64,000 bases of DNA from Neoechinorhynchus agilis (GCA_051530055.1 CM121341.1:1798001-1862000); one strand, 5' to 3'; counted from the stretch's first letter, positions 1-12,990 are shown. A program made the numbers and translations. The notes: generated by a model from the sequence alone, not told the origin.

Positions 1-14
1 TCTTTATTGAAATA

Positions 15-614
15 ATGGTAAAACGAATGCCGGTTGAACTGAAGACTATTCAGCAGATCTGCGATGAGCTGAACGAGTGCCTGGGAGACGGACGCTCCAT
101 TCGATATCATCCGTCAATCAACCAGAATTTGAGCGAACTTTTATCAAGGCCAATGGATTTCCATGAGATAAGAAAATGGAATATTGAATCAATTGTTAAA
201 CGATTAAGTTGCTCTGAATTTGGAAAATACTACTTCTGGTTTCCGGACTTCATGAACGAGAAAATTAAGAAATGCCAGGCTGAAGAAGCATCGAAACTTA
301 AACCAAAAAGAAGGCCAAGTAGGAAAGTTGTAAGGGACGAAAAGAGACGGGCTATGTTGAATCGGAAATTCCAAATTGACGCCGAAAGCTCTAAACACGA
401 AAAAGTTGATATTTTTGAACTTTATTGCCGGATCAGAGACAAAAGGCAGGGATTGTCTAATGATTGTCGCCGTCAACTGTCGTGTCTCGCTGGACGAAAG
501 CGGGCCAGAATTCATGGCGAGGAATCCGAAATGGAGAAACAAACGAAGAATCCGAGACTCGTTGACGAAAAAGAGAAGATCGCCCGAGAATCCAAAAGTA
601 ATCCTGGTCGATAG
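15..614 (+). CDS. Hypothetical 199-aa K/R/E-rich protein
   Basis: ATG-started 199-aa ORF in an AT-rich background; no recognisable domain. Confidence 0.45.
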   Translation: MVKRMPVELKTIQQICDELNECLGDGRSIRYHPSINQNLSELLSRPMDFHEIRKWNIESIVKRLSCSEFGKYYFWFPDFMNEKIKKCQAEEASKLKPKRRPSRKVVRDEKRRAMLNRKFQIDAESSKHEKVDIFELYCRIRDKRQGLSNDCRRQLSCLAGRKRARIHGEESEMEKQTKNPRLVDEKEKIARESKSNPGR

Positions 615-2535
615 ATCGATCGCTTTTCAGGGGAGAGAACATGCGAGGCGAAGGATGAGGAAATGGAGGAGGATCCAAGGAAATGGAGGGCGATAAACTC
701 TGAAATTTTATTCATAATTCTCCAACATGTAAATAATTTGCGATCATTTTACAAGAGCACTTTTTATCTATTCATCGGCCGAAAGGGGATGAAATTTATC
801 TCTGTTGTTTTATAGTGATAATAGGAGACTACTGCGTTTGTTCTTTAGGTTTTAAATTTTCAACATCAATTACAAATTATTTTACATTTAGGGCGCCGAA
901 CAATTTTGGTATTTTTCTTTAATGTATTCAATTTATATTTTTGCAGATTGAACTATTCTTGCTTCACCACATAAACAAACATTCAATTTAGCACAAATAT
1001 TTTACTCCAATACTTTTTTGATGGTTGCCTAGTAATAATGGGTATCCATTACTTTTATGATTTAGCAAAAGCAAAAAATGTCCACAACACCGCATTTGGA
1101 TAAATTAGAAAATATGCCACATTTTCAATTGATTGATGCAGTAACCAAAGAAATATTGGAAAGCACCGAAAATTTCGTACCTACAGAAAAGGTTTTCTTA
1201 CGAAAAATACATTCTATATTTGTCATATTGAATAGAATCAAGAATGCAGAGATATAGTATTTGCAACAGTAATGGAACAATTCGCAATATTCGTAAGTAT
1301 GCCAAGTTAGCGGTTGCATTTTCATCTTTAATTTGCAGCCGCAAGTATGTACAAATGATCTAAAAAATTGCATTGTAAATTTGTTAAATAAACAACATAG
1401 AATTTCAGCAAAAGAGAAACAAGAACATTAGAAGAATATCGTTTCGTTCAAAATAAATTGCGTTTTTTAATTTTGAAACTAAAGTTACACAGAATGCGAT
1501 GAAGATAGATTTTAGAAATGCGAAAATTTAATATTTTCACGCAAAAAATTTAGTACCTCATTTATCTACTAATGTTCAGGGGTTCTTAGAAGACTTGCCC
1601 ATTAACCTTAGCGGTCAACGGCCTACTTCACCCTTTTCCCAGATGCCATCACGGGAATAGAGCTTTGATTTCGGACACCCTAAGATTTCGAGTATACAAA
1701 AAATAAAGACTAACGCAAACCTTCTCATTAGACACTAAGCGCATTTCTTCTCTCGATTGCAAGGATTTTATCCTCATAAAAAGTATTCGATCTTGGTAAA
1801 CTTCTGAGATAATAACACGTTTATTTGTTAGTTAACAAAGAAAAGGACCCATGTATCTTTTGGTCTTCATAAAAACTCGGATTTAGATTTTTTCAATGAA
1901 TGCGGTTGTTGATTTTGAAGTGGATTACGGTTTCGGTCGGGATGGAAGGTTTGCTCGGACGGGGATTGGTGGTTATTATGTGCAAGAGAGCTTCGGTCTT
2001 TCCTCATGTTCATTTCGAGTCATGATATCCTGGAAGATTTGGCAGTATAGAACACGGAGCGAAATTGTGGGAAGGATGAAATGAATTGAGATTTGAAATT
2101 CGGGAGGCAAACTTATGGGTTTAATCGTTAACATGTTTAAATTTTTTGAGACACCGATCACATTTCTTCTCGGGATTGCCTGGATTTGGACTTCTTTTAA
2201 GCTATAATTCCACTTAATGAAGAAACCAGGCTAAAATATTTGAATTTTTGAGCATTTTCGGTTTCTCGTTTCAAATTCCAAGTTAACGAAGCGTAAATCC
2301 TTAATGATTGTTTTATGGCGAAGAAATTAGTTCGATATATCGCAGGCACAATCTCTTGAAACTCTCCCTTTCAATTACAAAAGCGTACAAGATTGTGCCT
2401 TGGCGAAATCAATCGGATTTTTAGAAACAAAATCATTTTAATTTTTCTTCGCCATAAAACAATCAATCTGAACAGTTCAATCACACAAAAGATCAGTAAC
2501 CAAGGGACTTTATTCTCTGTGTTTATAACAAAAAA

Positions 2536-3279
2536 TCACCTTTTAGCAAACGTAATCTTCATCGTGCTGGTCGGTGTAATTTTAAATCCTTGGAGAGCGT
2601 CCTTCGCAGCTGCAGCAAGCACTTCATTTTCGTATTCGACAAAAGCGATATCGCCTCGAGCAGGGACTGAGCGAACTTCTTTGAATCCTGGAAACTGATT
2701 AAAAAGTATAGTGAGCATCATATTCGTCGTATCTGGGGGAAGATTGGACAAAAACAGAATCTGATTAGGAGGAGCATTTTCACTGGCGGCACTGGCGCGT
2801 TCAGTCGCCGTTTTTCGAGCAGCCGCTTCCGCCCTTTTTCGCTCTTTCTTCGACATAGACATTTCATCGGTACAAGGAAGTGCAGCCCTCTTTTGCCGCT
2901 CAATGAAGTTCCCTTTTTTCTTTGAAATAAGGTCACTGTCCGTTTTGGCGTAGTTAATCCTCATTGGCTTGTCATAAAATGGAAATCCCTGCATTGAACG
3001 CATCGCTGTTGAAGCCGCAGTTATATCTTCAAAGATAACAAACGCCTGACCACGCATTCGAAGCGTTTTAAGGGCAACAATATCGAGAATTCGCCCAAAT
3101 TGAGAAAAAACAGCATAAAGTGACTTTTTTAACTCGTCTTTCTTGATCTTTTCGTTCAGGTTATTGATGTAGATCGTTTGATTGGGTGCATTCGATTGCT
3201 GCTGTTTTTGTTGTGATTGAGAAGTTGTCGGAACAGTCGCACTTGTAGTTGTGGGCACAGGAACCGGAGCTGTCGTCAT
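2536..3279 (-). CDS. snf: U1A/U2B''/SNF-family snRNP protein, two RRMs, intronless
   Basis: RRM1 [51 protein letters not shown] and RRM2 [12 protein letters not shown]...FPGFKEVR...DIAFVEY...ITFAKR are typical; DIVALKTL is the SNF/U2B''-type loop. Confidence 0.95.
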   Translation of the reverse strand: MTTAPVPVPTTTSATVPTTSQSQQKQQQSNAPNQTIYINNLNEKIKKDELKKSLYAVFSQFGRILDIVALKTLRMRGQAFVIFEDITAASTAMRSMQGFPFYDKPMRINYAKTDSDLISKKKGNFIERQKRAALPCTDEMSMSKKERKRAEAAARKTATERASAASENAPPNQILFLSNLPPDTTNMMLTILFNQFPGFKEVRSVPARGDIAFVEYENEVLAAAAKDALQGFKITPTSTMKITFAKR

Positions 3280-3788
3280 TGTACGAAACTTTCAGAGAAA
3301 AATATCGATTTGAATCCACGAAGTGAAAGTACACACTAAAAAAATCTAGATGTCTACGGAAGAATCGTACTCTCTTATCCATTTCTCAATGCACTCGTCT
3401 TTTTAATGAGGTCTCTGTTTCAAACATCGACGGGTAGCCAAAAACGTGATTCTGGACATGATGTAAATTTTTTCCCTTCAATGATCTTCGGGAATGATCT
3501 GTAGATTTCTAGTCTATCCAGTGAAATGTCCAACTTAAAGCTGAATAATTTACAAATGTTTTTATTTCCGAAATTTCTATGAGATTATTACTGAGCATTC
3601 AAAGCTATGAAGGATTGAGCGAACAGTGTTCGTATTATAATTGTTTTGGTGAAGCTGAATTAAAGAAAAATACTTTCTTTCCTTACTTATACCATCCCTC
3701 GGATTCAAAAATTCACTAATTTACTTCCCCGACATTTTAAGTCGGATAATTCCGTCTTTGCCTCCCGAATAAATGTTTTATAGCCTCC

Positions 3789-4600
3789 ATGAAGAAGCTT
3801 TGTTTAAGATTAAACTGTATAATCGCGAGAGCTCACAGCTCTCTACTTTCAGGTTCTCGCGATGGGGTCGTCCGAGCTAGACTGTTGGCAGTTTCAACAC
3901 GAGAATCTGGGGCGTGGTTGGAGGCTGTTCCTCTGGCATCAGTGGGAACTCTTCTTACTGATGAGGTAAAGAGGATCGCAGTGTCATTAAGACTTGGTCT
4001 CCCGATATGCACGCCCCATCGCTGTCGACGTGGGTCTTTGGTTGATGCTTTCGGGCGACACGGTCTCGTCTGCAGAAGGTCAGCAGGAAGGTTCTCACGT
4101 CATTCTGAAATCAATAACGCAATTTCTCGGGCGTTGAGAACGGCGAACTTCCCGAACATCCTGGAACCCGCCCACCTTTGTCGACTAGACGGCCGTTGGC
4201 CCGATGGAATTTCGGTCTTCCCGTGGCGGGAGGGCAAATGTCTTCTGCGCAATATTCGAATCGGAAATCGCATTATCATATTTGGTCAATAGTCACAAGA
4301 GTGAAAGATCACTAAATTTGCAAGATTCATTATAATTAGACGGAAATATCTTCACTTATCGAGGGTTCACGATTTTGTCCCCTTTGGGGTAGAGACGTAT
4401 GGAGCGCTCGGCAGCTCGGCACTCTCTCTCCTCCAGGATCTCTCGAAGAAATTGAGAGAGGCAACCGGAGACTCAAGAGCAGGCGTATTCCTTCGACAAA
4501 ATATCTCGCTGACAGTACAACGAGGCAATGCTGCCAGCGTGATAGCGACGGTCGAGGAAGGACAAAAGCTAGAATTTGGCGGGAGGTGGCGAGTGTGCTT
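3789..4600 (+). mobile_element. CRE-clade non-LTR retrotransposon 3' fragment (restriction-like endonuclease end), interrupted at ~4245-4370
   Basis: SGAWLEAVP...LRLGLPI, zinc-finger-like CRRGSLVDAFGRHGLVC, RHSEIN, PDG, then in another frame FVPFGVETYG...LRQNISLTVQRGNAASV. Confidence 0.8.
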
Positions 4601-4904
4601 CAAACAGTATGTTTGAGTTGTTAAAAATATATGAGTAGTGTGCTTTAAAAAAATCAGTCGTTTTAAATGATACTTTTACTCTTTCACTGACTACGCTTTT
4701 GAAGAAGAAAATCTTTGCTTTAGGATCTTTTTGCATATCATTTAATCATCGTTTTGACACAAATTGCAGTCTATAAGACGGACTGAAAACTCGTATTTAT
4801 GCAAATTATTTTCAAACGCAAAAATGTTTAAAGTTTTGGCTACATCAGAGCTCGTTCCTTGACTCAATGAGCTAGAGCACCACTGCGTTTTCAATGATAA
4901 TTTC

Positions 4905-7265
4905 AAACTTTACTGAACTCTTCATTGCGAATTTTCAAGCCTCAGCCCTTCGAGTGGATGTGTATTCTCAATAGCGAATTGTAACACACTCGAGTTTTAC
5001 TGAACTCTTCATTGCGAATTTTCAAGCCTCAGCCCTTCGAGTGGATGTGTATTCTCAATAGCGAATTGTAACACACTCGAGTTTTATTGAACTCTTCATT
5101 GCGAATTTTCAAGCCTCAGCCCTTCGAGTGGATGTGTATTCTCAATAGCGAATTGTAACACACTCGAGTTTTATTGAACTCTTCATTGCGAATTTTCAAG
5201 CCTCAGCCCTTCGAGTGGATGTGTATTCTCAATAGCGAATTGTAACACACTCGAGTTTTACTGAACTCTTCATTGCGAATTTTCAAGCCTCAGCCCTTCG
5301 AGTGGATGTGTATTCTCAATAGCGAATTGTAACACACTCGAGTTTTACTGAACTCTTCATTGCGAATTTTCAAGGCCTCAGCCCTTCGAGTGGATGTGTA
5401 TTCTCAATAGCGAATTGTAACACACTCGAGTTTTATTGAACTCTTCATTGCGAATTTTCAAGGCCTCAGCCCTTCGAGTGGATGTGTATTCTCAATAGCG
5501 AATTGTAACACACTCGAGTTTTATTGAACTCTTCATTGCGAATTTTCAAGCCTCAGCCCTTCGAGTGGATGTGTATTCTCAATAGCGAATTGTAACACAC
5601 TCGAGTTTTACTGAACTCTTCATTGCGAATTTTCAAGGCCTCAGCCCTTCGAGTGGATGTGTATTCTCAATAGCGAATTGTAACACACTCGAGTTTTACT
5701 GAACTCTTCATTGCGAATTTTCAAGCCTCAGCCCTTCGAGTGGATGTGTATTCTCAATAGCGAATTGTAACACACTCGAGTTTTACTGAACTCTTCATTG
5801 CGAATTTTCAAGCCTCAGCCCTTCGAGTGGATGTGTATTCTCAATAGCGAATTGTAACACACTCGAGTTTTACTGAACTCTTCATTGCGAATTTTCAAGC
5901 CTCAGCCCTTCGAGTGGATGTGTATTCTCAATAGCGAATTGTAACACACTCGAGTTTTACTGAACTCTTCATTGCGAATTTTCAAGCCTCAGCCCTTCGA
6001 GTGGATGTGTATTCTCAATAGCGAATTGTAACACACTCGAGTTTTATTGAACTCTTCATTGCGAATTTTCAAGCCTCAGCCCTTCGAGTGGATGTGTATT
6101 CTCAATAGCGAATTGTAACACACTCGAGTTTTATTGAACTCTTCATTGCGAATTTTCAAGCCTCAGCCCTTCGAGTGGATGTGTATTCTCAATAGCGAAT
6201 TGTAACACACTCGAGTTTTATTGAACTCTTCATTGCGAATTTTCAAGCCTCAGCCCTTCGAGTGGATGTGTATTCTCAATAGCGAATTGTAACACACTCG
6301 AGTTTTATTGAACTCTTCATTGCGAATTTTAAGGCCTCAGCCCTTCGAGTGGATGTGTATTCTCAATAGCGAATTGTAACACACTCGAGTTTTATTGAAC
6401 TCTTCATTGCGAATTTTCAAGCCTCAGCCCTTCGAGTGGATGTGTATTCTCAATAGCGAATTGTAACACACTCGAGTTTTACTGAACTCTTCATTGCGAA
6501 TTTTCAAGGCCTCAGCCCTTCGAGTGGATGTGTATTCTCAATAGCGAATTGTAACACACTCGAGTTTTACTGAACTCTTCATTGCGAATTTTCAAGGCCT
6601 CAGCCCTTCGAGTTGATGTGTATTCTCAATAGCGAATTGTAACACACTCGAGTTTTACTGAACTCTTCATTGCGAATTTTCAAGCCTCAGCCCTTCGAGT
6701 GAATGTGTATTCTCAATAGCGAATTGTAACACACTCGAGTTTTACTGAACTCTTCATTGCGAATTTTCAATACCTCAGCCCTTCGAGTGGATGTGTATTC
6801 TCAATAGCGAATTGTAACACACTCGAGTTTTATTGAACTCTTCATTGCGAATTTTCAAGGCCTCAGCCCTTCGAGTGGATGTGTATTCTCAATAGCGAAT
6901 TGTAACACACTCGAGTTTTATTGAACTCTTCATTGCGAATTTTCAAGCCTCAGCCCTTCGAGTGGATGTGTATTCTCAATAGCGAATTGTAACACACTCG
7001 AGTTTTACTGAACTCTTCATTGCGAATTTTCAAGCCTCAGCCCTTCGAGTGGATGTGTATTCTCAATAGCGAATTGTAACACACTCGAGTTTTATTGAAC
7101 TCTTCATTGCGAATTTTCAATACCTCAGCCCTTCGAGTGAATGTGTATTCTCAATAGCGAATTGTAACACACTCGAGTTTTACTGAACTCTTCATTGCGA
7201 ATTTTCAAGGCCACAGCCGATCGAGTGGATGTGTATTCTCAATAGCGAATTGTAACACACTCAAG
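4905..7265. repeat. Tandem array A, 87-bp unit (some 88), about 27 copies
   Basis: Unit ctcgagttttactgaactcttcattgcgaattttcaagcctcagcccttcgagtggatgtgtattctcaatagcgaattgtaacaca; period 4989 to 5076. Confidence 0.97.
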
Positions 7266-8789
7266 TAAAATGCAATAATCCAATTGAAAAAATAACGTTT
7301 CTATAGAACCAATAATTTGTAAACTAATTTTGAATAAAGTTAAAGTGGGATTACAAATGGACAATCAACTGCTGTGTGTTGACATTATACAAATTAGGAT
7401 GACGATTAGAAAGAGAAAATTTTACTAACATTCATTTTGTCTAAATGGATTAGCTATTTTAGGCACATAAAAAATCAATTGAACATTACAAAACATGTAC
7501 TATAATTTTCGAATATTTGCGTGGCTGAGAGGCCTTTTTTGTACAACAGAAACCATTATAAGCCACTTTTCAAAATTAGCACAATTCAAATTTTGAAATA
7601 TAACCATGAAGCATTACAATTGGTAGAGAGCAACCTTATTCGATTCTTAACGATATTTAATTGGAAAACAAATCCAAAGTCGATACCTTGACTTTGTTTG
7701 GTCGAGAAAATTCCAGAAAAGTCCCAGGGAAAGCACTGCAAGACCAGCGCTGCTATCACATTCCTTTCCATCGTCAGAAAACGAAAGATAGATGCAATTC
7801 GATGACTCGGAAAATCGTCGACTCCATTAAATTAATTTGTGGTTCAGAATTTATTTTCCTGGGAAACATTTTTCACTCTGGTAAGTCAGAAATTGACGAA
7901 AGTTCAAATTTCAACGGAATCGTTTAGAACTCACAAAAAGAAACTTTTTCACGAGCATCTTGGGCACACTTTCAGCGCTATAATTATTATGAGTTCCTAC
8001 AATTATCAATCCTGTTTCATTTGGAACGAGTAAATCGATTTTATTTTCTTTGAATGATACATTTATCACAATCTGAAAGTATTCAGAACGAGATGATTTA
8101 TTGATACTTTTTGAATTCTTGCACTTTGTGTTCAGCATCACAATAAGAATGCATATGCCTTATTCTGCACAATTCGAAAAAAAACTAGTTGCGGAATGCC
8201 ATTGACTCATAAATTTTCTAATAATAAAAGCCCTCCAAACACATTTCTGATTTAAACTTATTGGTTTGGCGGTTTTTAAGCGTTATTGTATGAAACGTTT
8301 GAAACTTTCAGGTGACATTTGACTGATAAAGCGAAAATCATAATAATTCTGATCCTTTTTCCAATAGTATACAATTACCCGTTCCGTGTTTTAGATTGAT
8401 TGGCAGTCAACAGGTTTAGGAAGACTTCTACGCTTTCATCACCGGATCCGACTCACGTGCCGATCGATAACCGCTAAAAAGTCCACTGGCATATCTTTAA
8501 AACACCATCAACCGTCTTAGCAGTTCTCGTAGGCACGTTTTTTGTGCTGAAATGCTGAAACAGCTCTCTACTTGTTAGTTCTCACTCAGTTTACGGAGAA
8601 AAACTTTCATTCCAACTACTTCATCCACGAATCTGAAACATCGTCGGTCACTCGTCGACATCTCGGCAAACTTTGACGACTCATTTTACACATCAAATGA
8701 ATTCCATTAGTGTTTTTTTGTAAAATCGTAGCCAGCCATTCGTTGTTCAAGTATCGTTCAACTTTTTATACCTTTTCTCAACGCTTTAG

Positions 8790-9050
8790 ATGACTTCTAA
8801 CGGAACTTTTACTTCTGTTCAGGTACATTGAAACAATGTCCATTTCTTCATTCATCTTTTCTTAGTATGCGAGTCTTGATCATGACAAAGAAGAGATTTT
8901 ATTGGTTGAACGTGAGAAACGATTTGTCCTTTTCCCGATTGAATTCGATGAAATCTGGACGATGTACAAACAGGCTGTCGCATCGTTTTGGACGGTTTCC
9001 GAAGTGGATCTCAGTAAAGATCTCACTCATTGGAATCAACTAAAAACGGA
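8790..9050 (+). pseudogene. RRM2: Ribonucleotide reductase small subunit, 5' part only (intron 8823-8865)
   Basis: ATG 8790 and a GT-AG 43-nt intron give [67 protein letters not shown]; the expected continuation (FFAASDGIVNENL) was not found after array B. Confidence 0.8.
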
Positions 9051-9054
9051 GTTG

Positions 9055-10760
9055 GGTTTTAGCAATATCTGTAATTTCTGGAAAAACGTCTAGGAATTCG
9101 GTAGCTTTATCTTCAGTTTTCAGCAATTTTCGTCCCTTGTTCAATTTTCGAGTTATTTATAACTACCCCTTAAGTTCTGATGATTAAACTTCTGTTCGGT
9201 TTTAGCACATATCTGTAATTTCTGGAAAAACGTCTAGGAATTCGGTAGCTTTATCTTCAGTTTTCCAACAATTTCGTCCCTTGTTCAATTTTCGAGTTAT
9301 TTATAACTACTCCTTAAGTTCTGGATGATTAAACTTCTGTTCGGTTTTAGCAATATCTGTAATTTCTGGAAAAACTTCTAGGAATTCGGTATCCTTATCT
9401 TCGGTTTTCCAACAATTTCGTCCCTTGTTCGAATTTTTCTTCGAGTTATTTATAACTACCCTTAAGTTCTGATGATTAAACTTCTGTTCGGTTTTAGCAA
9501 TATCTGTAATTTCTGGAAAAACGTCTCAGGAATTTCGGTAGCTTTATCTTCGGTTTTTCCAACAATTTCGTCCTCTTGTACTAATTTTTTCGAGTTATTT
9601 ATAACTACCCTTAAGTTCTGATGATTAAACTTCTGTTCGGTTTTAGCAATATCTGTAATTTCCAGAAAAACGTCTAGGAATTCGGTAGCTTTATCTTCGG
9701 TTTTTCCAACAATTTCGTCCCTTGTTCAATTTTCGAGTTATTTATAACTACCCTTAAGTTCTGATGATTAAACTTCTGTTCGGTTTTAGCAATATCTGTA
9801 ATTTCTGGAAAAACGTCTAGGAATTCGGTAGAAGCTTTATCTTCGGTTTTTCAACAATTTCGTCCCTTGTTCAATTTTCGAGGTATTTATAACTACCTCT
9901 TAAGTTCTGATGATTAAACTTCTGTTCGGTTTTAGCAATATCTGTAATTTCTGGAAAAACGTCTAGGAATTCGGTAGCTTTATCTTCGGTTTTCAAACAA
10001 TTTCGTCCCTTGTTCAATTTTCGAGGTATTTATAACTACCCTTAAGTTCTGATGATTAAACTTCTGTTCGGTTTTAGCATTATCTGTAATTTCTGGAAAA
10101 ACTTTAGGAATTCGGTAGCTTTATCTTTGGTTTTCAACAATTTCGTCCCTTGTCCAGTTTTCGCAGTATTTATAACTACCCTTAAGTTCTGATGATTAAA
10201 CTTCTGTTCGGTTTTAGCATTATCTGTAATTTCTGGAAAAACTTTAGGAATTCGGTAGCTTTATCTCTTTGGTTTTCCAACAATTTCGTCCCTTGTCCAG
10301 TTTTCGCAGTATTTATAACTACCTCTTAAGTTCTGATGATTAAACTTCTGTTCGGTTTTAGCATTATCTGTAATTTCTGGAAAAACTTTAGGAATTCGGT
10401 AGCTTTATCTTTCGGTTTTCCAAACAATTTCTGTCCCTTGTCCAGTTTTTCGCAGTATTTATAACTACCCTTAAGTTCTGATGATTTAAACTTCTGTTCG
10501 GTTTTAGCATTATCTGTAATTTCTGGAAAAACTTTAGGAATTCGGTAGCTTTATCTTTGGTTTTCCAACAATTTCGTCCCTTGTCCAGTTTTCGCAGTAT
10601 TTATAACTACCCTTAAGTTCTGATGATTAAACTTCGATTGACTCCGATTTCTCCCTTTGTTCAGTTTTAGCATTATCTGTAATTTCTGGAAAAACTTCTA
10701 ATAATTCTGTAGCTTTAGCTATGGTTGTCTAACAATTTCGTCTCGTGTTCGGTTTTCGAA
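9055..10760. repeat. Tandem array B, ~142-bp unit, about 12 copies, last ones degenerate
   Basis: Unit ggttttagcaatatctgtaatttctggaaaaacgtctaggaattcggtagctttatcttcggttttccaacaatttcgtcccttgttcaattttcgagttatttataactacccttaagttctgatgattaaacttctgttc; observed periods 140-147. Confidence 0.95.
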
Positions 10761-11458
10761 CTTTTTATAGATTATTTGTTATTCTTAAGATTAAACTCCG
10801 GTTATTTCCTATTTCGTCTCTTGTTAAGTTGAAAAGCGGCGAGTTTAGCTCTTGATTAGCAAAATATGAAAATAACACAATGGGAGGAGGTTCCCCCACA
10901 GGCTCTACACGCTATTCGATCGCTAATCGTACGGACGACGAATTCCATCCGGCCTGACCGGTTTTGCTTTACCGTTCATCCCATGGTTCGTTGCTTCCGT
11001 CCTGGTTTTTGTAGCCGTATCCTAAAAAGCTATATATCAATGTAATTATATAATATGGTGAGAGCTGAATTTTTATCTGCCAAAAAATCAGTCTATTTAT
11101 TAAAGAAGTTTTACAATGTTGCAATTTTTCCTTCATTTATTCATTACGAAATGTCTTTAGATTTCAGATTATTAGTTATATTAATTTAACGAGTATGACT
11201 ATTGTTTTTCTATGACCGAGCATGAACGAGTTTATCAATTTTTCCTTGCGCAATAACTTTAAATTTCATAAGCTTAGTTATCTTAATACGGTGAGTATGT
11301 TTATTGATTATTTATTACCGATTCAGAACGAATTAGTGCTCGATCGTTAAAAAGCTGAAACTATTAGTGATTGATAAGCAAATGGATTTTTGCGACATTA
11401 AACTTCTTATTTTCATAAATATATATTTTGTGCTTAAAATAAGTTAACGCGATTATTC

Positions 11459-11801
11459 TTATTCCCCTTGCGGTAGCTGCAACAATTGATCGTTTTGCGG
11501 TCTCTCAAACTCCCTGGTCATAGCAAAATACATTTTTTCTGCACTTTTGTGCAAAATTTTGACCATCTCTGCAAAGGTTTCAGGCATGGTAAATTTCTTT
11601 CCTTCAGGATCCAGTGGATTTTGAATTGAAAACTGTCTGGTAGTGGAAATATACCTTAAATGTTTTTATAAATAAGTTTTATAAAAAAAGACGTATTTAC
11701 ATTGTTCTAGTCACGATCCGAGTTCGTGCTTTGCAACGCTGCAAAACATAAGCCAAAATTGCAGCGAAGATTGACAAAATGACGTATATAAGACTAATCA
11801 T
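11459..11801 (-). CDS. Putative 92-aa single-pass membrane protein, two exons (11801-11701, 11636-11459), absent from the ORF track
   Basis: ATG 11801; 64-nt GTAAAT...CCAG intron joins in frame; MISLIYVILSIFAAILAYVLQRCKARTRIVTRTIQFSIQNPLDPEGKKFTMPETFAEMVKILHKSAEKMYFAMTREFERPQNDQLLQLPQGE*. Confidence 0.5.
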
Positions 11802-12369
11802 TATGTACTCATCCGCAGGATATACATTCATTTTATAAAGAAATTATCTAAAGATTTTATACTGTGGTTTGACTTTGTTACAAATTTTTAATTACGGAAA
11901 TTCTCGACGAACTTTCGGTGAAGTGATAAACAAAAAGGAAATGTAGAAGATTGCGGCGAGTAAGCTCGAAATTAAAACGTAGAAATCCCAATGAAGAACC
12001 CTTTATCGATGCTATTAACATGTTGTTACAGGCTATGAAAAAATCAGCCAATCAGCGTTCTTGGTGATAAAATGTCAATTACACGGTCAGTGATTCTTTT
12101 AATTTAGTGTTCAAAAGATTCCATTCATAAAAGTAATCAATACTTGAATGCTTAACATGCTCTAGATGCCTAAATTCATATTAAGTTAATGATTTTGAAA
12201 TAATTCTTTGAAAGTTCCGCAGTATTTTGATTATTTTTATGCGGTGGAAAAATTGAAGCTATTGAATCCAATTTCTTCAATTTTTTCGCCACAAAGAAGC
12301 GTGAACAATTCAATTTTCACGTAGTATTTTGATTAAACAACGACTTTTTAGCACATTTCTATTGCTCAA

Positions 12370-12465
12370 AGAATGTAGAGCCAAGATCGACTTCGTTCTT
12401 GGCGCAAAAAATAAGCATTGCGGTGCAGCGGGGCAAGGCGGCCAGCATTTTGGCTAGCGCCGATG
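12370..12465 (+). mobile_element. CRE-clade 3' fragment (divergent subfamily)
   Basis: Translates RSTSFLAQKISIAVQRGKAASILASA. Confidence 0.6.
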
Positions 12466-12564
12466 ATTGGGAACGCTGATCATCTGAATTGGAAGTATAA
12501 AAGTTCATGAGCCACTTGTTAAATTTGAAAAAGAAAAGTTAAATCGATCATTCAACAGAATGTT

Positions 12565-12705
12565 TTTAGATTATTTTTCCATACACGACTGAATGGACCG
12601 TGCGGTATTGGGCATTGGGCGTTGACCAACGCTTTCCCAGACCGAAATCGGTGGACTGTGTGTTGTGTGTCTATTCAGCCCCGTGTATGGAAAAAATAAT
12701 CTAAA
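12565..12705. mobile_element. MITE-like hairpin with ~23-bp terminal inverted repeats
   Basis: tttagattatttttccatacacg ... cgtgtatggaaaaaataatctaaa, plus inner pairing ctgaatggac/gtctattcag. Confidence 0.6.
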
Positions 12706-12800
12706 ACATATCTATCAAAAGACTACCGGCTGAGCCATCCATAAGAATGCTAAAATCGGAAAGCTAATCCAGGCTAATGTATGGCGAAGTTTGTATAATC

Positions 12801-12990
12801 CGTAGTTGTGCTGATTTGATCAAGTGGACTAATGCTCCTGATCTTATTTAGGGTCAACGGGTTCGAATCCGTTGCCGCCGATGACGCACAACCTAAGGAC
12901 GAAATACTTTGATGAAGGGAGGAAACTCACTGAGTCCTTGCTCCTGGAGGTATCTGAGAATCCGAAGGGATTACAAACTTATAACCGCAC
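12801..12990 (+). mobile_element. tRNA-headed SINE/retrozyme-like repeat, copy 1 (permuted hammerhead at 12895-12963 with a 3-nt core deletion)
   Basis: A-box-like tgatcaagtgg (~12817), B-box ggttcgaatcc (12860-12870); homologous to the reverse complement of 13750-13940. Confidence 0.7.

Noticed and set aside
278-300. CUGAAGA...GAAA in the first ORF
   Set aside because: No stem II can form; it is coding sequence (AEEASK).
1920-2110. Similarity to 19380-19560 and faint APE-like translation nearby
   Set aside because: Probably an old repeat, but too degenerate to classify by eye.
4905-7265. CRISPR-like array (also considered for arrays B-E)
   Set aside because: Units are wholly repeated with no unique spacers, there are no cas genes, and the context is eukaryotic.
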